DNA of 64,000 nt, from the IMG/VR virus record IMGVR_UViG_3300032214_000715, positions 175,164 through 239,163 of that record; one strand, written 5' to 3'. The notes under the pieces were generated by a model. The model made no database searches and was not told the origin of the DNA. It worked only from the letters and a program-made list of their open reading frames with translations. The position numbers and the translations under genes are program-made. Shown piece by piece: positions 19,936 to 30,300 of the stretch. Within the stretch, counting starts at the first letter, position 1, and every line of letters begins with the position of its first letter.

Positions 19936-20256
19936 ATGACCGTTAATGAACTACTAAAAACTCTAACCGCTATTATGTATCGCGACGATACAGAAATCTC
20001 AACTGACGCCGAGAGCGAATCTTCTCAGGAGAATGCTGACAGTTCAGTTGGTGTTTTTATGCCGCCGCTTCAAGCAGAATTAGAACTATTCAAAAAATCA
20101 ACAGGAGTTGATAATGTGTATGACGAGGAGCAACAAAACTCAGAAGAGCAACATTGCGACTACGAGAATGAAGAAGACGAGCTTGATAGTATAAAAAGAA
20201 TGGCCGGACTTGAGCCAAGAGTAATAGTGGCCGCTCCAACACAAACAGAAATGTAA
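19936..20256 (+). CDS. Acidic hypothetical protein
   Basis: 106 aa; FMPPLQAELELFKKSTGV; ELDSIKRMAGL motif. Confidence 0.65.
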   Translation: MTVNELLKTLTAIMYRDDTEISTDAESESSQENADSSVGVFMPPLQAELELFKKSTGVDNVYDEEQQNSEEQHCDYENEEDELDSIKRMAGLEPRVIVAAPTQTEM

Positions 20257-20257
20257 C

Positions 20258-22105
20258 GTGAGCCGCATACAAAGAATATTCAGTAGCAGAGGACAAGCCG
20301 ACGTTAATTCATATGTTGGTGATCGCGGACGACTTTTTTATGAAGAAAGTGATACTCCGGGTATTGCTCCCGTACTAAGATACAGTGATGGAACTACTCC
20401 AGGTGGATTACCTATAACTGGATCCAGTGATGGCGGAGGAGGTAGCGTCACTAGCGTCAGTGTAGACGGGGGAACAACAGGATTAACTACCAGTGGTGGG
20501 CCAATAGTATCAAGTGGTACAATAACACTAGAGGGAACACTTAATGTATCATCGGGTGGAACTGGAGCAGCAGACTCAGTAACGGCAAGAATAAATTTAG
20601 ATGCCGCTAGAAGAGGAAGTAATAATGATATAACAAGTTTATCTGGACTTACAACTCCGCTTAGTGTAGCTCAGGGAGGAACGGGTGTAACTTCAATATC
20701 TGGATATCTTCGTGGAAACAATAATGACCCGTTTGACAGCGTTAATAATATACCATTTGATGATATAACAGGAATCGTGCCTATTAGTCAAGGAGGAACT
20801 GGTCAAACAGCCTTTTCGACTGGCATTTTAGTCAGTGATGGAACAACTCTTACTACTACTAACCTAATCTCAGGAAATGACATTGACGGTAACATAACCG
20901 GAAACTCTGCTAACGTTACCGGAATAGTTGGAATAAATCACGGTGGGACTGGAGCGATTACTCCAAGTACCGCTAGAGCAGCGTTAGAAGCAGCAAGAAG
21001 CGGAGCAAACGGTGACATTACTAGTCTAAGCGGTCTTACTACACCATTAAGCATAGCTCAGGGCGGAACAGGCGTTACGAATGCGTCCGATGCGCTAACA
21101 GCACTGCTGCCAAGTCAAGTAGCAAATGAAAATAAATTTTTAAAGACTGACGGAACCAACGTTAGTTGGGCATCAGTTACGACATCGCCCGCTAGAGTAT
21201 TGACAGTTGGTATAGACGCGATCACCATTCAAGGATGTATTAATTTAGCGACCGATGCGACTTCAGTTACGCCATACATAGTTCAAATACCACCGGGAAG
21301 ATATACCGAAAATTTAACACTAAAAGGGTCGGTAATGATTCAAGGAATGGGTAATCAGGAAGACACGACCAGTGTTGCTATTACTGGATATCACACTCTG
21401 TCTGGAACAGCAGCAAATGCTCTTAATAACAGAGTTTCTATTGCTAATATATTATTTGTTTCGGATGGGTCATTGAATCCTGTATTCGCTGTTAGCGGAA
21501 CAACTGCGACTCAATTTAACATTCAGGGTTGTTATATTCAAAATACCACTGCTAATACAGCCGCGGTGACATTTCAGATCGGTGTAAACGCTTCACTATA
21601 TCTAGATAACAGTACCGTTCAAATGGCTACCAACGGAGGAACTCAATTTAATATGGGCGGCGGATCCATTTATCTTAGAAACGTTCGCTCTGGAGGCGGT
21701 ACTAAAATTATAAACATGTCTGCCGCAGCATATGCCGAAATCACATATAGCAGACTAAGCTGTACGGGAACATCAGAAGCAATTTCAATATATGGAAACG
21801 GAGCGCTGGGCGCTTTCCCACTCAGTGGTCTAGTGAGCGCTGGATGGACCTCATTTCAAAACACAGCAACAAATGGAAATGGAGTAAATCTAATCGCCAG
21901 CGGGGCCAGTATGTTGGCATACTCCTGTTCTTTTGATGTATTGAGTGGGGTCAGTAACTACGTAATAACGGGAGTCTCTGGAACTAGCTTTGTTCAATTG
22001 AACAATAACTACGCTAACATACCGGGAATTTTATCAAGAAACGTGAAAATTAAAAATACAGTGACTCTACTGACTTACAGTAGCGCATTGACCAGTACTG
22101 CGTAA
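20258..22105 (+). CDS. Tail fibre/spike with putative C-terminal beta-helix
   Basis: Repeated (V/I)xxGGTG and DITSLSGLTTPLS(V/I)AQGGTG; C-half TIQGCIN..IPPGRYTENLTLKGSVMIQG typical of right-handed beta-helix starts. Confidence 0.7.
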   Translation: MSRIQRIFSSRGQADVNSYVGDRGRLFYEESDTPGIAPVLRYSDGTTPGGLPITGSSDGGGGSVTSVSVDGGTTGLTTSGGPIVSSGTITLEGTLNVSSGGTGAADSVTARINLDAARRGSNNDITSLSGLTTPLSVAQGGTGVTSISGYLRGNNNDPFDSVNNIPFDDITGIVPISQGGTGQTAFSTGILVSDGTTLTTTNLISGNDIDGNITGNSANVTGIVGINHGGTGAITPSTARAALEAARSGANGDITSLSGLTTPLSIAQGGTGVTNASDALTALLPSQVANENKFLKTDGTNVSWASVTTSPARVLTVGIDAITIQGCINLATDATSVTPYIVQIPPGRYTENLTLKGSVMIQGMGNQEDTTSVAITGYHTLSGTAANALNNRVSIANILFVSDGSLNPVFAVSGTTATQFNIQGCYIQNTTANTAAVTFQIGVNASLYLDNSTVQMATNGGTQFNMGGGSIYLRNVRSGGGTKIINMSAAAYAEITYSRLSCTGTSEAISIYGNGALGAFPLSGLVSAGWTSFQNTATNGNGVNLIASGASMLAYSCSFDVLSGVSNYVITGVSGTSFVQLNNNYANIPGILSRNVKIKNTVTLLTYSSALTSTA

Positions 22106-22231
22106 TTACGCACAGAATAATATTTATCAACTCAACGCGTGAAATAAGTGCTTAAGTGTTGATTAAGGTATCTTCTTAAATAGTTGTGTTGCTGTAAGAA
22201 AGCAACAAACTTAACCACTAGGAGATATAAC

Positions 22232-23017
22232 TTGGGTAGAAGACGTAACAACGCACTGCGTAAAGAACAGGATCATCAATTCAATATGATTACTAACAAG
22301 CAAGCAAAGATTTTTTATCAAAAGCACGATAGTAGAGTGGAATCAAATACTATTCCGTTTAATCCAGCTAAGATAAAAAAACAGATTGAATTAGTACCAA
22401 AAACAATCAATCAGGAAAATTATATACTAGCACTCACTAATTCAAACGTTGACGTAGTGGTAGTCAGCGGGCCAGCAGGGACTGGAAAAACTTACTTAGC
22501 TATGTTGGCCGCAATTAAGGCTATGAAAAACAAAGAGTGCGAAAGAATAGTATTATGTAGACCGTCTGTTTCTATAGAAGATGAGAAACACGGCTTCTTG
22601 CCCGGAGACTTAAATTCAAAATTAGAGCCCTGGGTAAAACCTATGATTGACGTATTACGAGAATTCTATTCAATGAAAGAAGTAGAAGGTATGTTAGCAG
22701 AGCAAGTAATTGAATTTGCTCCTCTAGGAATGATGCGAGGCAGAACTTTTAAAAATACGTGGATATTCGCCGATGAGATGCAGAACGGCACTCCCACGCA
22801 ATTCAAAATGCTACTAACTCGCATAGGTCAAGGAAGTAAAATTATTATAGGCGGGGACGTGGAGCAGACAGACAGAAAACAGCCCGACAACGGACTGTTA
22901 GACTTCAAGCAAAAAATTAAAAAACATCCAGTAGATGGAATTGAAGTTTGTGAATTTGATAGAAGAGACATTCAACGTCATCGTATAATTGATGACGTAT
23001 TAAATCTTTACAAATAA
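22232..23017 (+). CDS. phoH: PhoH-family ATPase
   Basis: GPAGTGKT; GFLPGDL..K..PW; MRGRTF; DEMQN; LTRIG..SKIII.GD..Q.D; likely TTG start after GGAG. Confidence 0.93.
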   Translation: MGRRRNNALRKEQDHQFNMITNKQAKIFYQKHDSRVESNTIPFNPAKIKKQIELVPKTINQENYILALTNSNVDVVVVSGPAGTGKTYLAMLAAIKAMKNKECERIVLCRPSVSIEDEKHGFLPGDLNSKLEPWVKPMIDVLREFYSMKEVEGMLAEQVIEFAPLGMMRGRTFKNTWIFADEMQNGTPTQFKMLLTRIGQGSKIIIGGDVEQTDRKQPDNGLLDFKQKIKKHPVDGIEVCEFDRRDIQRHRIIDDVLNLYK

Positions 23018-23034
23018 CTCACATTTTATGTTTA

Positions 23035-23060
23035 AAAAAGCCCGACTAGTCGGGCTTTTT
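23035..23060. terminator. Bidirectional terminator between convergent genes
   Basis: aaaaagcccgactagtcgggcttttt, perfect palindrome. Confidence 0.85.
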
Positions 23061-23315
23061 ACTAGATTCTTGATTTATTAGTATCAGTTGCTCTATTAGA
23101 GCTGGGTATATTTGTGAGTAGTACTCGTTCATTTTTTCAAATGATGTTGGCAATACCGACCCCTCTACCACGCACTTTACTACCTTTTTTTCTTTATAAT
23201 CTAGTATGATGTTACACATTGATTGATCGCTAGCTTTTAGTCTTTTGCTAAATCCAACTTGTTCATCAATTTGATTATTTGGCTTTTTGTAAAAACTTAC
23301 AAGTAAATAACGAAT
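23046..23315 (-). CDS. Hypothetical protein (89 aa) with apparent ATT start
   Basis: AAGGAG 6 nt before ATT; (M)RYLLVSFYKKPNNQIDEQV...NIILDYKEKKVVKC...YYSQIYP...KPD*; fills the gap after the clamp loader. Confidence 0.65.
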   Translation of the reverse strand: MRYLLVSFYKKPNNQIDEQVGFSKRLKASDQSMCNIILDYKEKKVVKCVVEGSVLPTSFEKMNEYYSQIYPALIEQLILINQESSKKPD

Positions 23316-23326
23316 GATATTCTCCT

Positions 23327-24259
23327 TTATAAGGTGGTCAATTCAATTACGGTGGCCGCAAGTGAAATCTCGGGAATTCCCACTAAGCTTAAATTTGCCA
23401 GTCCGTTACGAATAACAATAATAGCAGCGTCTTTCTTTTCTTGCGTGTCTCCCCACAAATACAAATTCTGATAAAGAAATTTGTATAAATCTTCTACTCG
23501 TGTAGGATTAAAACTCAAAAACTGTAAGAGTAACTGTCTTCCGTCTAAGACTTTTCCTGCTTTAAACAGTTCAGTTATCTCTACAAGCATAGCATCTTGC
23601 TCACTAGCTCCGTTTTGTACTGCTAATAGCGCTCCAGTGCTGCTATTTACTTGAAGTAGATTCAAGCATTTGCGTAAATCTGGGTAAGTACTGGCAACAT
23701 AATTATCAAGAGTATCTAAATCAAACTCAACGTTTTCATTAACTAGTACAGTGGCCGCTCTAGCAGTAAACTCAGTTCTGTCGGCCTTTGTAATCGTAAA
23801 TACAGGACAACGAGACTTTAGCGCTGGAATAATTCTATGCTCGTAGTTACAAGTCAGTATGAATCTAACACTGCTACTATAAACTTCAATGTCTCCACGT
23901 AGCATTGCTTGTCCATTTGGCGTTAGATAATCAGCTTCGTCTAGTAGAACTACTTTGAATTTTCCAAATGGCAGTGTTTGTACGAAGCCTAACACTTTGT
24001 CGCGTATAACCTCTACTCCGTTCTCACGACTAGCATTTATTTCTAATACATCATAGTCGTTGATGTCCAGTTCTTTGATAAGAACTTTAGCTAAAGTGGT
24101 TTTTCCAGTTCCGGCGTCACCACTTAAAGTCATATTTGGTATACTACCCTGTTGGATCCAATTTTTTACTTGTTCTCGTAGTCTTTCGTCTACAAAAACG
24201 TAATCGTCAATCTTTTGTGGACGATATTTTTCCACCCATAGCTTATCTTTGAAATTCAT
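23327..24259 (-). CDS. Sliding-clamp loader ATPase subunit (T4 gp44/RFC-like)
   Basis: WVEKYRP; GDAGTGKTT; EINAS; LLDEADYL; FILTCNY..IIPALKSRC. Confidence 0.93.
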   Translation of the reverse strand: MNFKDKLWVEKYRPQKIDDYVFVDERLREQVKNWIQQGSIPNMTLSGDAGTGKTTLAKVLIKELDINDYDVLEINASRENGVEVIRDKVLGFVQTLPFGKFKVVLLDEADYLTPNGQAMLRGDIEVYSSSVRFILTCNYEHRIIPALKSRCPVFTITKADRTEFTARAATVLVNENVEFDLDTLDNYVASTYPDLRKCLNLLQVNSSTGALLAVQNGASEQDAMLVEITELFKAGKVLDGRQLLLQFLSFNPTRVEDLYKFLYQNLYLWGDTQEKKDAAIIVIRNGLANLSLVGIPEISLAATVIELTTL

Positions 24260-24561
24260 TAATTCCTCAACATTTCAACTGTAATAATTTGTGCGATTGA
24301 TTCACCTAAGTCTTGATCTTGCGTGACTATATGAAGATTACGATCATGTTCATCACGTTTACGATCATACGTGGAGAACTCCAAAATGTATCCTCCATTA
24401 GCACGATGAATCTGTAAGTTCATAGGATGATCTCCTAGTGATCGTTCTATCGGCTTACTTGATGATAACATAGCTCTCGTTCGTGGCTGATCTGGAGGGC
24501 ATGCTTCTTCATCCCACGATTGTCTAACTTTTTTGCTAAACCATCTATCAAACCACTTCAT
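24259..24561 (-). CDS. Hypothetical protein
   Basis: 100 aa; IHRANGGYILEF; translationally coupled on both sides. Confidence 0.65.
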   Translation of the reverse strand: MKWFDRWFSKKVRQSWDEEACPPDQPRTRAMLSSSKPIERSLGDHPMNLQIHRANGGYILEFSTYDRKRDEHDRNLHIVTQDQDLGESIAQIITVEMLRN

Positions 24562-24920
24562 TATATCACCTTATTACTTAGAGTATCGTCTGTTACGGGC
24601 TCATCGCTTACCATCAAAATGTCTTTTACATCCACTCTGCGTATAGTATGAACACCATCATCGTCTTGAATTTTGATTCCACGAGTCCAACGACCGTGAT
24701 CAATCAATATCCACTGACCGATCTTTACATCTTGTTGAGTTGGGCCAATAGCATATACTTGTCCCCAGCGAGGTCTAATGCCGCTGTTCTTGGCATCGTC
24801 GCTTACCAACACTATTCCAGTGCTAGTTACTCGCTCGTCAAAGTTCATATCTTTTACTATTACGTTATTTCCCAACGGAATTAATCCGCTGATTTTATTA
24901 GGTTCGTAGCTGTATTTCAT
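24561..24920 (-). CDS. groES: GroES-like co-chaperonin
   Basis: LIPLGNNVIV..E..TSTGIVL...GQVYAIGP...VKIGQWIL...DILMV. Confidence 0.85.
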   Translation of the reverse strand: MKYSYEPNKISGLIPLGNNVIVKDMNFDERVTSTGIVLVSDDAKNSGIRPRWGQVYAIGPTQQDVKIGQWILIDHGRWTRGIKIQDDDGVHTIRRVDVKDILMVSDEPVTDDTLSNKVI

Positions 24921-24921
24921 T

Positions 24922-25323
24922 TTACTTTTCCGGGTTGGGTTCGTTAAAAGCGTCTGCTTCCTTTAGCTCAGCCTCAGTATGCTGCGGCTCCGCTTGTTTT
25001 GGCTTACGAGAGCGTACTGTTTTAGATGGCTGACTAATAGTCAGTGACTCTGATACAGAAGCTTGTACTGGCGCTGAAGCTATTTCACTTCCTGGGGCTG
25101 GGGCGGTATTAGTACCAGCGACCGCACCTTTGTTTACAGTTGTACTATTGTAGTATGTGCTTACTCGTTTAGTAGCATCATTGATGACATTACCGTCGCT
25201 ATCAATAGTATCTCCGCGAGCGTTTACATTCATATTACCTACTGCTCTAACTTTTTCATTTTTAAGTGCTAGAGCAGCCATATCAATGCTCTTGCCTAAT
25301 GCTGATGTATATTTTCTACTCAT
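24922..25323 (-). CDS. Hypothetical protein
   Basis: 133 aa; GKSIDM..L..KNE..AVGNMNVNARGD. Confidence 0.65.
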   Translation of the reverse strand: MSRKYTSALGKSIDMAALALKNEKVRAVGNMNVNARGDTIDSDGNVINDATKRVSTYYNSTTVNKGAVAGTNTAPAPGSEIASAPVQASVSESLTISQPSKTVRSRKPKQAEPQHTEAELKEADAFNEPNPEK

Positions 25324-25326
25324 ATT

Positions 25327-25842
25327 TCATTCTCCTTTTAAGAATTCGTTGATGTCTAGTGAATAATAAATTGAATTTATTTTGTGTACTCCAATCAAAT
25401 ACAATACATAACTTGCTACACTGCTACCGCGGCCCACTCCCCAGACGATATTATTTGTTCTCATAGTATCTACTAAGTATTTTAGATACTGTAGTAGTGA
25501 GAAAGCATTGCGATCCAAATACATTAGTAGTTCTTCGCCAACTCGCTGACGCTCAGCATCAGTTTCACACTGTAGTAACACCCATTCGGCTATATCTAAA
25601 TTTTTATATTCGTCTGGCATTTTCCAGTTAGACTGACATTGTTGATCATAATGATCTGTACTTAGTGAATTAGATTCCCACTGAGTTAGTGATATCATAT
25701 CAGTTAAGTCCAACTCGTTGTAGAGTTGGACCACGTTGAAATCAACCACACACTGTTTTGGACGCCATTCAGGGTCAATCATTAACTGATTTACCACATC
25801 ATCTTCGCTTAGTATTACTTGACCGTGAACATCTACTCTCAT
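25327..25842 (-). CDS. dnaE: Split DNA polymerase III alpha-like, N-fragment (GRGS palm segment)
   Basis: RVGEEL...YLVDTMR.NNIVWGVGRGSSVASYVLYLIGVHKINSIYYSLDINEFLK matches DnaE RL..EL...GPGRGS.AGSLVAY.LGIT..DPL.Y.LLFERFL. Confidence 0.85.
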   Translation of the reverse strand: MRVDVHGQVILSEDDVVNQLMIDPEWRPKQCVVDFNVVQLYNELDLTDMISLTQWESNSLSTDHYDQQCQSNWKMPDEYKNLDIAEWVLLQCETDAERQRVGEELLMYLDRNAFSLLQYLKYLVDTMRTNNIVWGVGRGSSVASYVLYLIGVHKINSIYYSLDINEFLKGE

Positions 25843-25849
25843 AGAGAGT

Positions 25850-25878
25850 ATGATACTAGTATCTACAGAACATATCAA
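25850..25878 (-). promoter_or_regulatory. Sigma70-like promoter for the dnaE N-fragment
   Basis: TTGATA-17 nt-TATCAT, 7 nt before the ATG at 25842. Confidence 0.6.
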
Positions 25879-25887
25879 GATATTTGG

Positions 25888-26121
25888 TTATTTTATGTCT
25901 ATTTTTTCGCCCAGTTGTTTAGATTTTTTATCTAGCATTTCCACTTGTCTTCTTCCATATTCTGCTTTGTAACTATTGAGTACCATAATCAACTGATTCA
26001 TCATCGGCTGATTATGCGTTCTACTAGCAAATAAAATTTTGCTTGATAAATTGCTAATAGTCTCTTGTAGCTCTTCAAGTGATTTTTCAGATAAATCACC
26101 TACTAATGGATGTGTAATCAT
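25888..26121 (-). CDS. Small helical hypothetical protein
   Basis: 77 aa; HPLVGDLSEKSLEEL. Confidence 0.6.
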   Translation of the reverse strand: MITHPLVGDLSEKSLEELQETISNLSSKILFASRTHNQPMMNQLIMVLNSYKAEYGRRQVEMLDKKSKQLGEKIDIK

Positions 26122-26124
26122 AAT

Positions 26125-27297
26125 TTAAGAAGTGGGTGGGACATTGCCTATAATAATGTCGTTTGATCTTGCCACGCCAGTTCCAAACATATTCATTGAC
26201 GCTTCCGATGTGTACAATCTTGTATAGAATCTTTCTCCTGTTTCTGGAGTCAAGCTGTCGGTGGCCAAAGTAATACTAAACGAAGCAGTATTATTATTGA
26301 CTATAACACTTCCCCATGGAGGACTTGGAGACTGAGCATCTTGAGGGGATGCGCCATTTACGCCGAATGTAGTCCACCATAGTACAGTTCCATTACTAAC
26401 ATTAGTGGTAGTAATACTAAATGTAATGGTTTGTCCTTCATCTACTTGAGTCCCGTCAGCAGGAGCAGTAAATTGATATGTCGGATTTAATGGAACTGGC
26501 GGAGGAGTAGGAGCTGGAGGTGCTGGAGTTGTAGTGAACGATGCCAACTGTACTTTTTTCCAGATCGCTGTAGTCCCATCATAGTTACCCACGCACATAT
26601 AAAGATAGTTTCCGTCAATTGCCATAGTTCCTATCTTATCTCCAAATCTACCCACACTTGATGTTGGAGCTAAAGCAGACACTTGAAATGTTTTGCGTGG
26701 GCGATTTACTGGAACTATGGTTAGCGTTTCACCGCAATTTTTAGTGTAGATTATATAGTGTAGTTCAGTAACAGTATCGGGAACAGTGACGCTAAAACCA
26801 CCAGCAGTCTCGGTGTAATTTTCAATACTTAGTTTACTATCATCAAACTGAGCCGGAAAATTAATGACGCTTGAATTATTGGCAATCGGAACAGTTAATA
26901 TCAAATGAGTGCTACATAATGGATATTCACCCGATATTGAACTCCACTTCATAAAGTTCAACGTTACATTTCCAGTAACAGTTCCGTAATGTACGTCTGC
27001 CTTTGATACGTCTACAGTTACTGTGCCACTCAGATTTGAACCTAAATTTTTTGCGGTTCTACTAAATCCTTGTGTTTGAGCATTACTTATCAATCCGTGA
27101 TTCATATCATTATCAAGCACAGTGCCGGACAATGAACTCTTTAGTATTGCCTTTGATTGTAGATCGCTCAATTCACTTGCGGTGATATCCAAATTGGTTT
27201 TTATTCCACTGAAATTATCTCTAAATCCCTGAGTGTTATTGTTAACACCGGGGACAGGATAATTTATATCAATAGACCCTGTATTTATTGTACTCAT
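26125..27297 (-). CDS. Virion structural protein with Pro-rich linker and C-terminal Ig/Calx-beta-like domain
   Basis: YPVPGVNNNTQGFRDNF..IK; PAPPAPTPPP linker; VDEGQTITFSITTTNV...TASFSITLATD..T..GE. Confidence 0.65.
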   Translation of the reverse strand: MSTINTGSIDINYPVPGVNNNTQGFRDNFSGIKTNLDITASELSDLQSKAILKSSLSGTVLDNDMNHGLISNAQTQGFSRTAKNLGSNLSGTVTVDVSKADVHYGTVTGNVTLNFMKWSSISGEYPLCSTHLILTVPIANNSSVINFPAQFDDSKLSIENYTETAGGFSVTVPDTVTELHYIIYTKNCGETLTIVPVNRPRKTFQVSALAPTSSVGRFGDKIGTMAIDGNYLYMCVGNYDGTTAIWKKVQLASFTTTPAPPAPTPPPVPLNPTYQFTAPADGTQVDEGQTITFSITTTNVSNGTVLWWTTFGVNGASPQDAQSPSPPWGSVIVNNNTASFSITLATDSLTPETGERFYTRLYTSEASMNMFGTGVARSNDIIIGNVPPTS

Positions 27298-27321
27298 AAT
27301 TATTTCCCGTAACTATTTACT

Positions 27322-30300
27322 TCACAGTATTACTGCTTCTATTTTTTTAACTTCATCCAACTCGCTTGACTCAATGGCTATAGCAAAAACATTACTGTAA
27401 TCAATTACGTCAATGATTTCATTTACAGCATTAATTGAGATAGCGTAGCCATTATTGTGTGCTATCAATCTATCTCCTTTATTGACTTTGCCAATTACCT
27501 TTACTGGGACTCTACCCTTTAGTGCTACGTATATTCCATTTATTAAAGCAGAATTCATCATATAAGCTGGATTTTTACTTATTACTCCAATAGCTTTATC
27601 TCTAAATGATGAAGCTGTTATTTCTGCTGCTCCGCCAATAGACACTACCGTTCCGTAATCATAGTTTTCATCGGACAAGTATTTCTCAGCTAAGTCGGCA
27701 TACTGAGCGCTAGTAGCAACCCCGTTAAATTTTACAGCATTAAGCTCGCCGTTTGAATTTCTACAAGCAATACTATTTGCTGTTCCCACGCCGGCCGTAT
27801 CTACTCTAGCTTCTCTCCAAGAATCAGTTGATATATCAACTACTTTAAGTTTTGTGACCGTGACGATTTGATTTGAATCTATCGTTAATCCATTTCCGAT
27901 CTTGATTCCACCTAGAACACTATCCGTGGCAACTGGTAATTCATAAACAGATGAAGCAGCAACTGATATAACTCCGTTGGCATCTATAGTTACATTGCTT
28001 CCCTGCTTGACACCACCAAGTGTAGATGAAGTAGCTATCGGTAATTCATAAACAGATGAAGCAGCAACTGATATGACTCCATTGGCATCTATGGTCACAT
28101 TACTTCCCTGCTTGACACCGCCCAGCACTGAGCTAGTAGCTATCGGTAATGAATAAGGAGCAGCAACTGATATAACTCCGTTGGCATCTATAGTTACATT
28201 GCTTCCTTGCTTGACTCCACCTAATATGGATGAAGTAGCTATCGGTAATTCGTAAACAGATGGAGCAGCAACTGATATAACTCCGTTGGCATCTATAGTT
28301 ACATTACTTCCCTGTTTTACACCACCCAGTACTGAGCTAGTAGCTATCGGTAATTCGTAAACAGATGGAGCAGCAACTGATATAACTCCGTTGGCATCTA
28401 TAGTTACATTACTTCCCTGAATAACTCCACCCAGTGTAGATGAAGTAGCTATCGGTAATGGGGGTGCTGACACCGCAGCAGAAACCCATTCTGTTCCATT
28501 CCATTTTAAATAATCATTAGTTTGTTTATTTCCGGTAGATACATTTAACAACTCATCTAGTGAATCGCGTTGACGTATTAAATAATTTGTCTGACTAATT
28601 ATTGATCTAGCGTCAGTTTCCATCTTTGCTATTAATACTCTAGTAAAAGAACTAGGCAATTCTATATCGGACTTAAAAACGGTTACAGATGTTGTATCGT
28701 CATCATTTTTTAATACATAGATATAATTAATTGAATTAGCAGAAAGACTAATGCTCTGTGTTGGAATAGTAGTGTAGTACCCACCTATAAATAGTGGGCA
28801 CGTTGTAACATACGCAATTAATCCAGTAGCACTTTCAGTAGACACATAAATCTGGTTTCTAGGTTTACTACCTGTTAGCCACTCTAGTTCTGTTAGTTCT
28901 GTTTTAACCCCAGTTACATCTTTGGACGACAGAAATACCATAGAGTCATAATTACCGCTTGAAGCGGCTCTATAGTATCCTAGAGCAGTACTATATCCAA
29001 AGGATCCGCCAGGATAACCATTGGTTGATGTGTATCCTCCTGAGCCAGTAGATGTTTCAGCAAAGCTAGACACGTGAGAAGTACTAACGATGTCCGAGCT
29101 AATTTCTATAGATGCCCAATAAAATGCTCTTCCGCCAACTACATTTATACCAAAATTTACTAATAACTTCCCGCTATTAGTTAATAACGTCGGGCCACTA
29201 AATTCAATTTGATTGATATTGTCACCGCGATTTGTTTTACCGTAATCAATTTCTGTTTGAAAGACGGAATTTGTGTTTAGCGTCCAAGTACCATTGGTAC
29301 ACTTGGCCAAATAGCACATGCCGACTGAATCTTTAACTATGGCATAGTATTTGGGAGTGATAGTATTTGCGTCCCAGCAAATATGAATCACAGTTATTCC
29401 AGATTTTCCATTAAGTGTGGTTGGTATTGATGGTACGATAATGTTTGTGTTTGTATAAGTTCTAGTGGCGCCCGTGCTGTTAATAGTGTAAATTGGTTCA
29501 TTTCCTACTATCCAACAGTAGCTTGGTGTAGTTCCAACCACCGTAGTTGAGAAATTGGTAATAGACCCATTATTTTTTATTACAGCAGGAGCATTAGCTA
29601 AAGGATCTAAATTTATATCAGAATTACTTAATATCAACGTATCATTAGTTTGTCCCTGAGCCTTTGAGGCAAACTCAGTCTTGCTGAATGTAGTTTGTAT
29701 AATTTTTGTTCCGTAAGTTACTGATCCTGCTGAAAAATACATATTATTGTCTATTACATAGACCGAATCGCTGTAAACATACTTGGACCAGGGAGACGCA
29801 TCAATTATTCTTTCGGTAAAACTGGTATATCTAGCGGAATTGTTTATGCTTAATGTTTTGTAAGTGAACCCACTAGTGTGTGGCAAAACATATACATCTC
29901 CTATATCAGTTGAAGTCCACGTACTTCTAAATAATTGAAATATTGTTCCGCTATACTCATCTGTTACAAGAGAAGTGGAGTAGCCGGCGCCACCCAATCC
30001 CTGACTCATACCTCCGTTATCCGTATCCCACGTGGAGTCGCTTAACTGATTATATCTAAAAGTTCCAGATTTAATTGGAATTAAATTAACAGTAGTTCCG
30101 CTACCACTTTCTATCCAGGATTTTGGTATAGACCATGATATGTCAAGTGCTACACCCTGACCAACTGATGCTCCTGTGCTAGTGGTATATACATACCAGA
30201 TATGAAATCTTTGATGAAAAGTTTCCGAAAATGAATTCCAGGTAAACCCATAAGAATTATTGGGCGCATATCCTAGTAAAGGCAAAACGTTTGGAGCAAT

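Noticed and set aside
25327-25842. dnaE fragments as decaying pseudogenes
   Set aside because: Both halves are intact frames with their own expression signals, keep all catalytic motifs and are exactly complementary; still needs a comparative check
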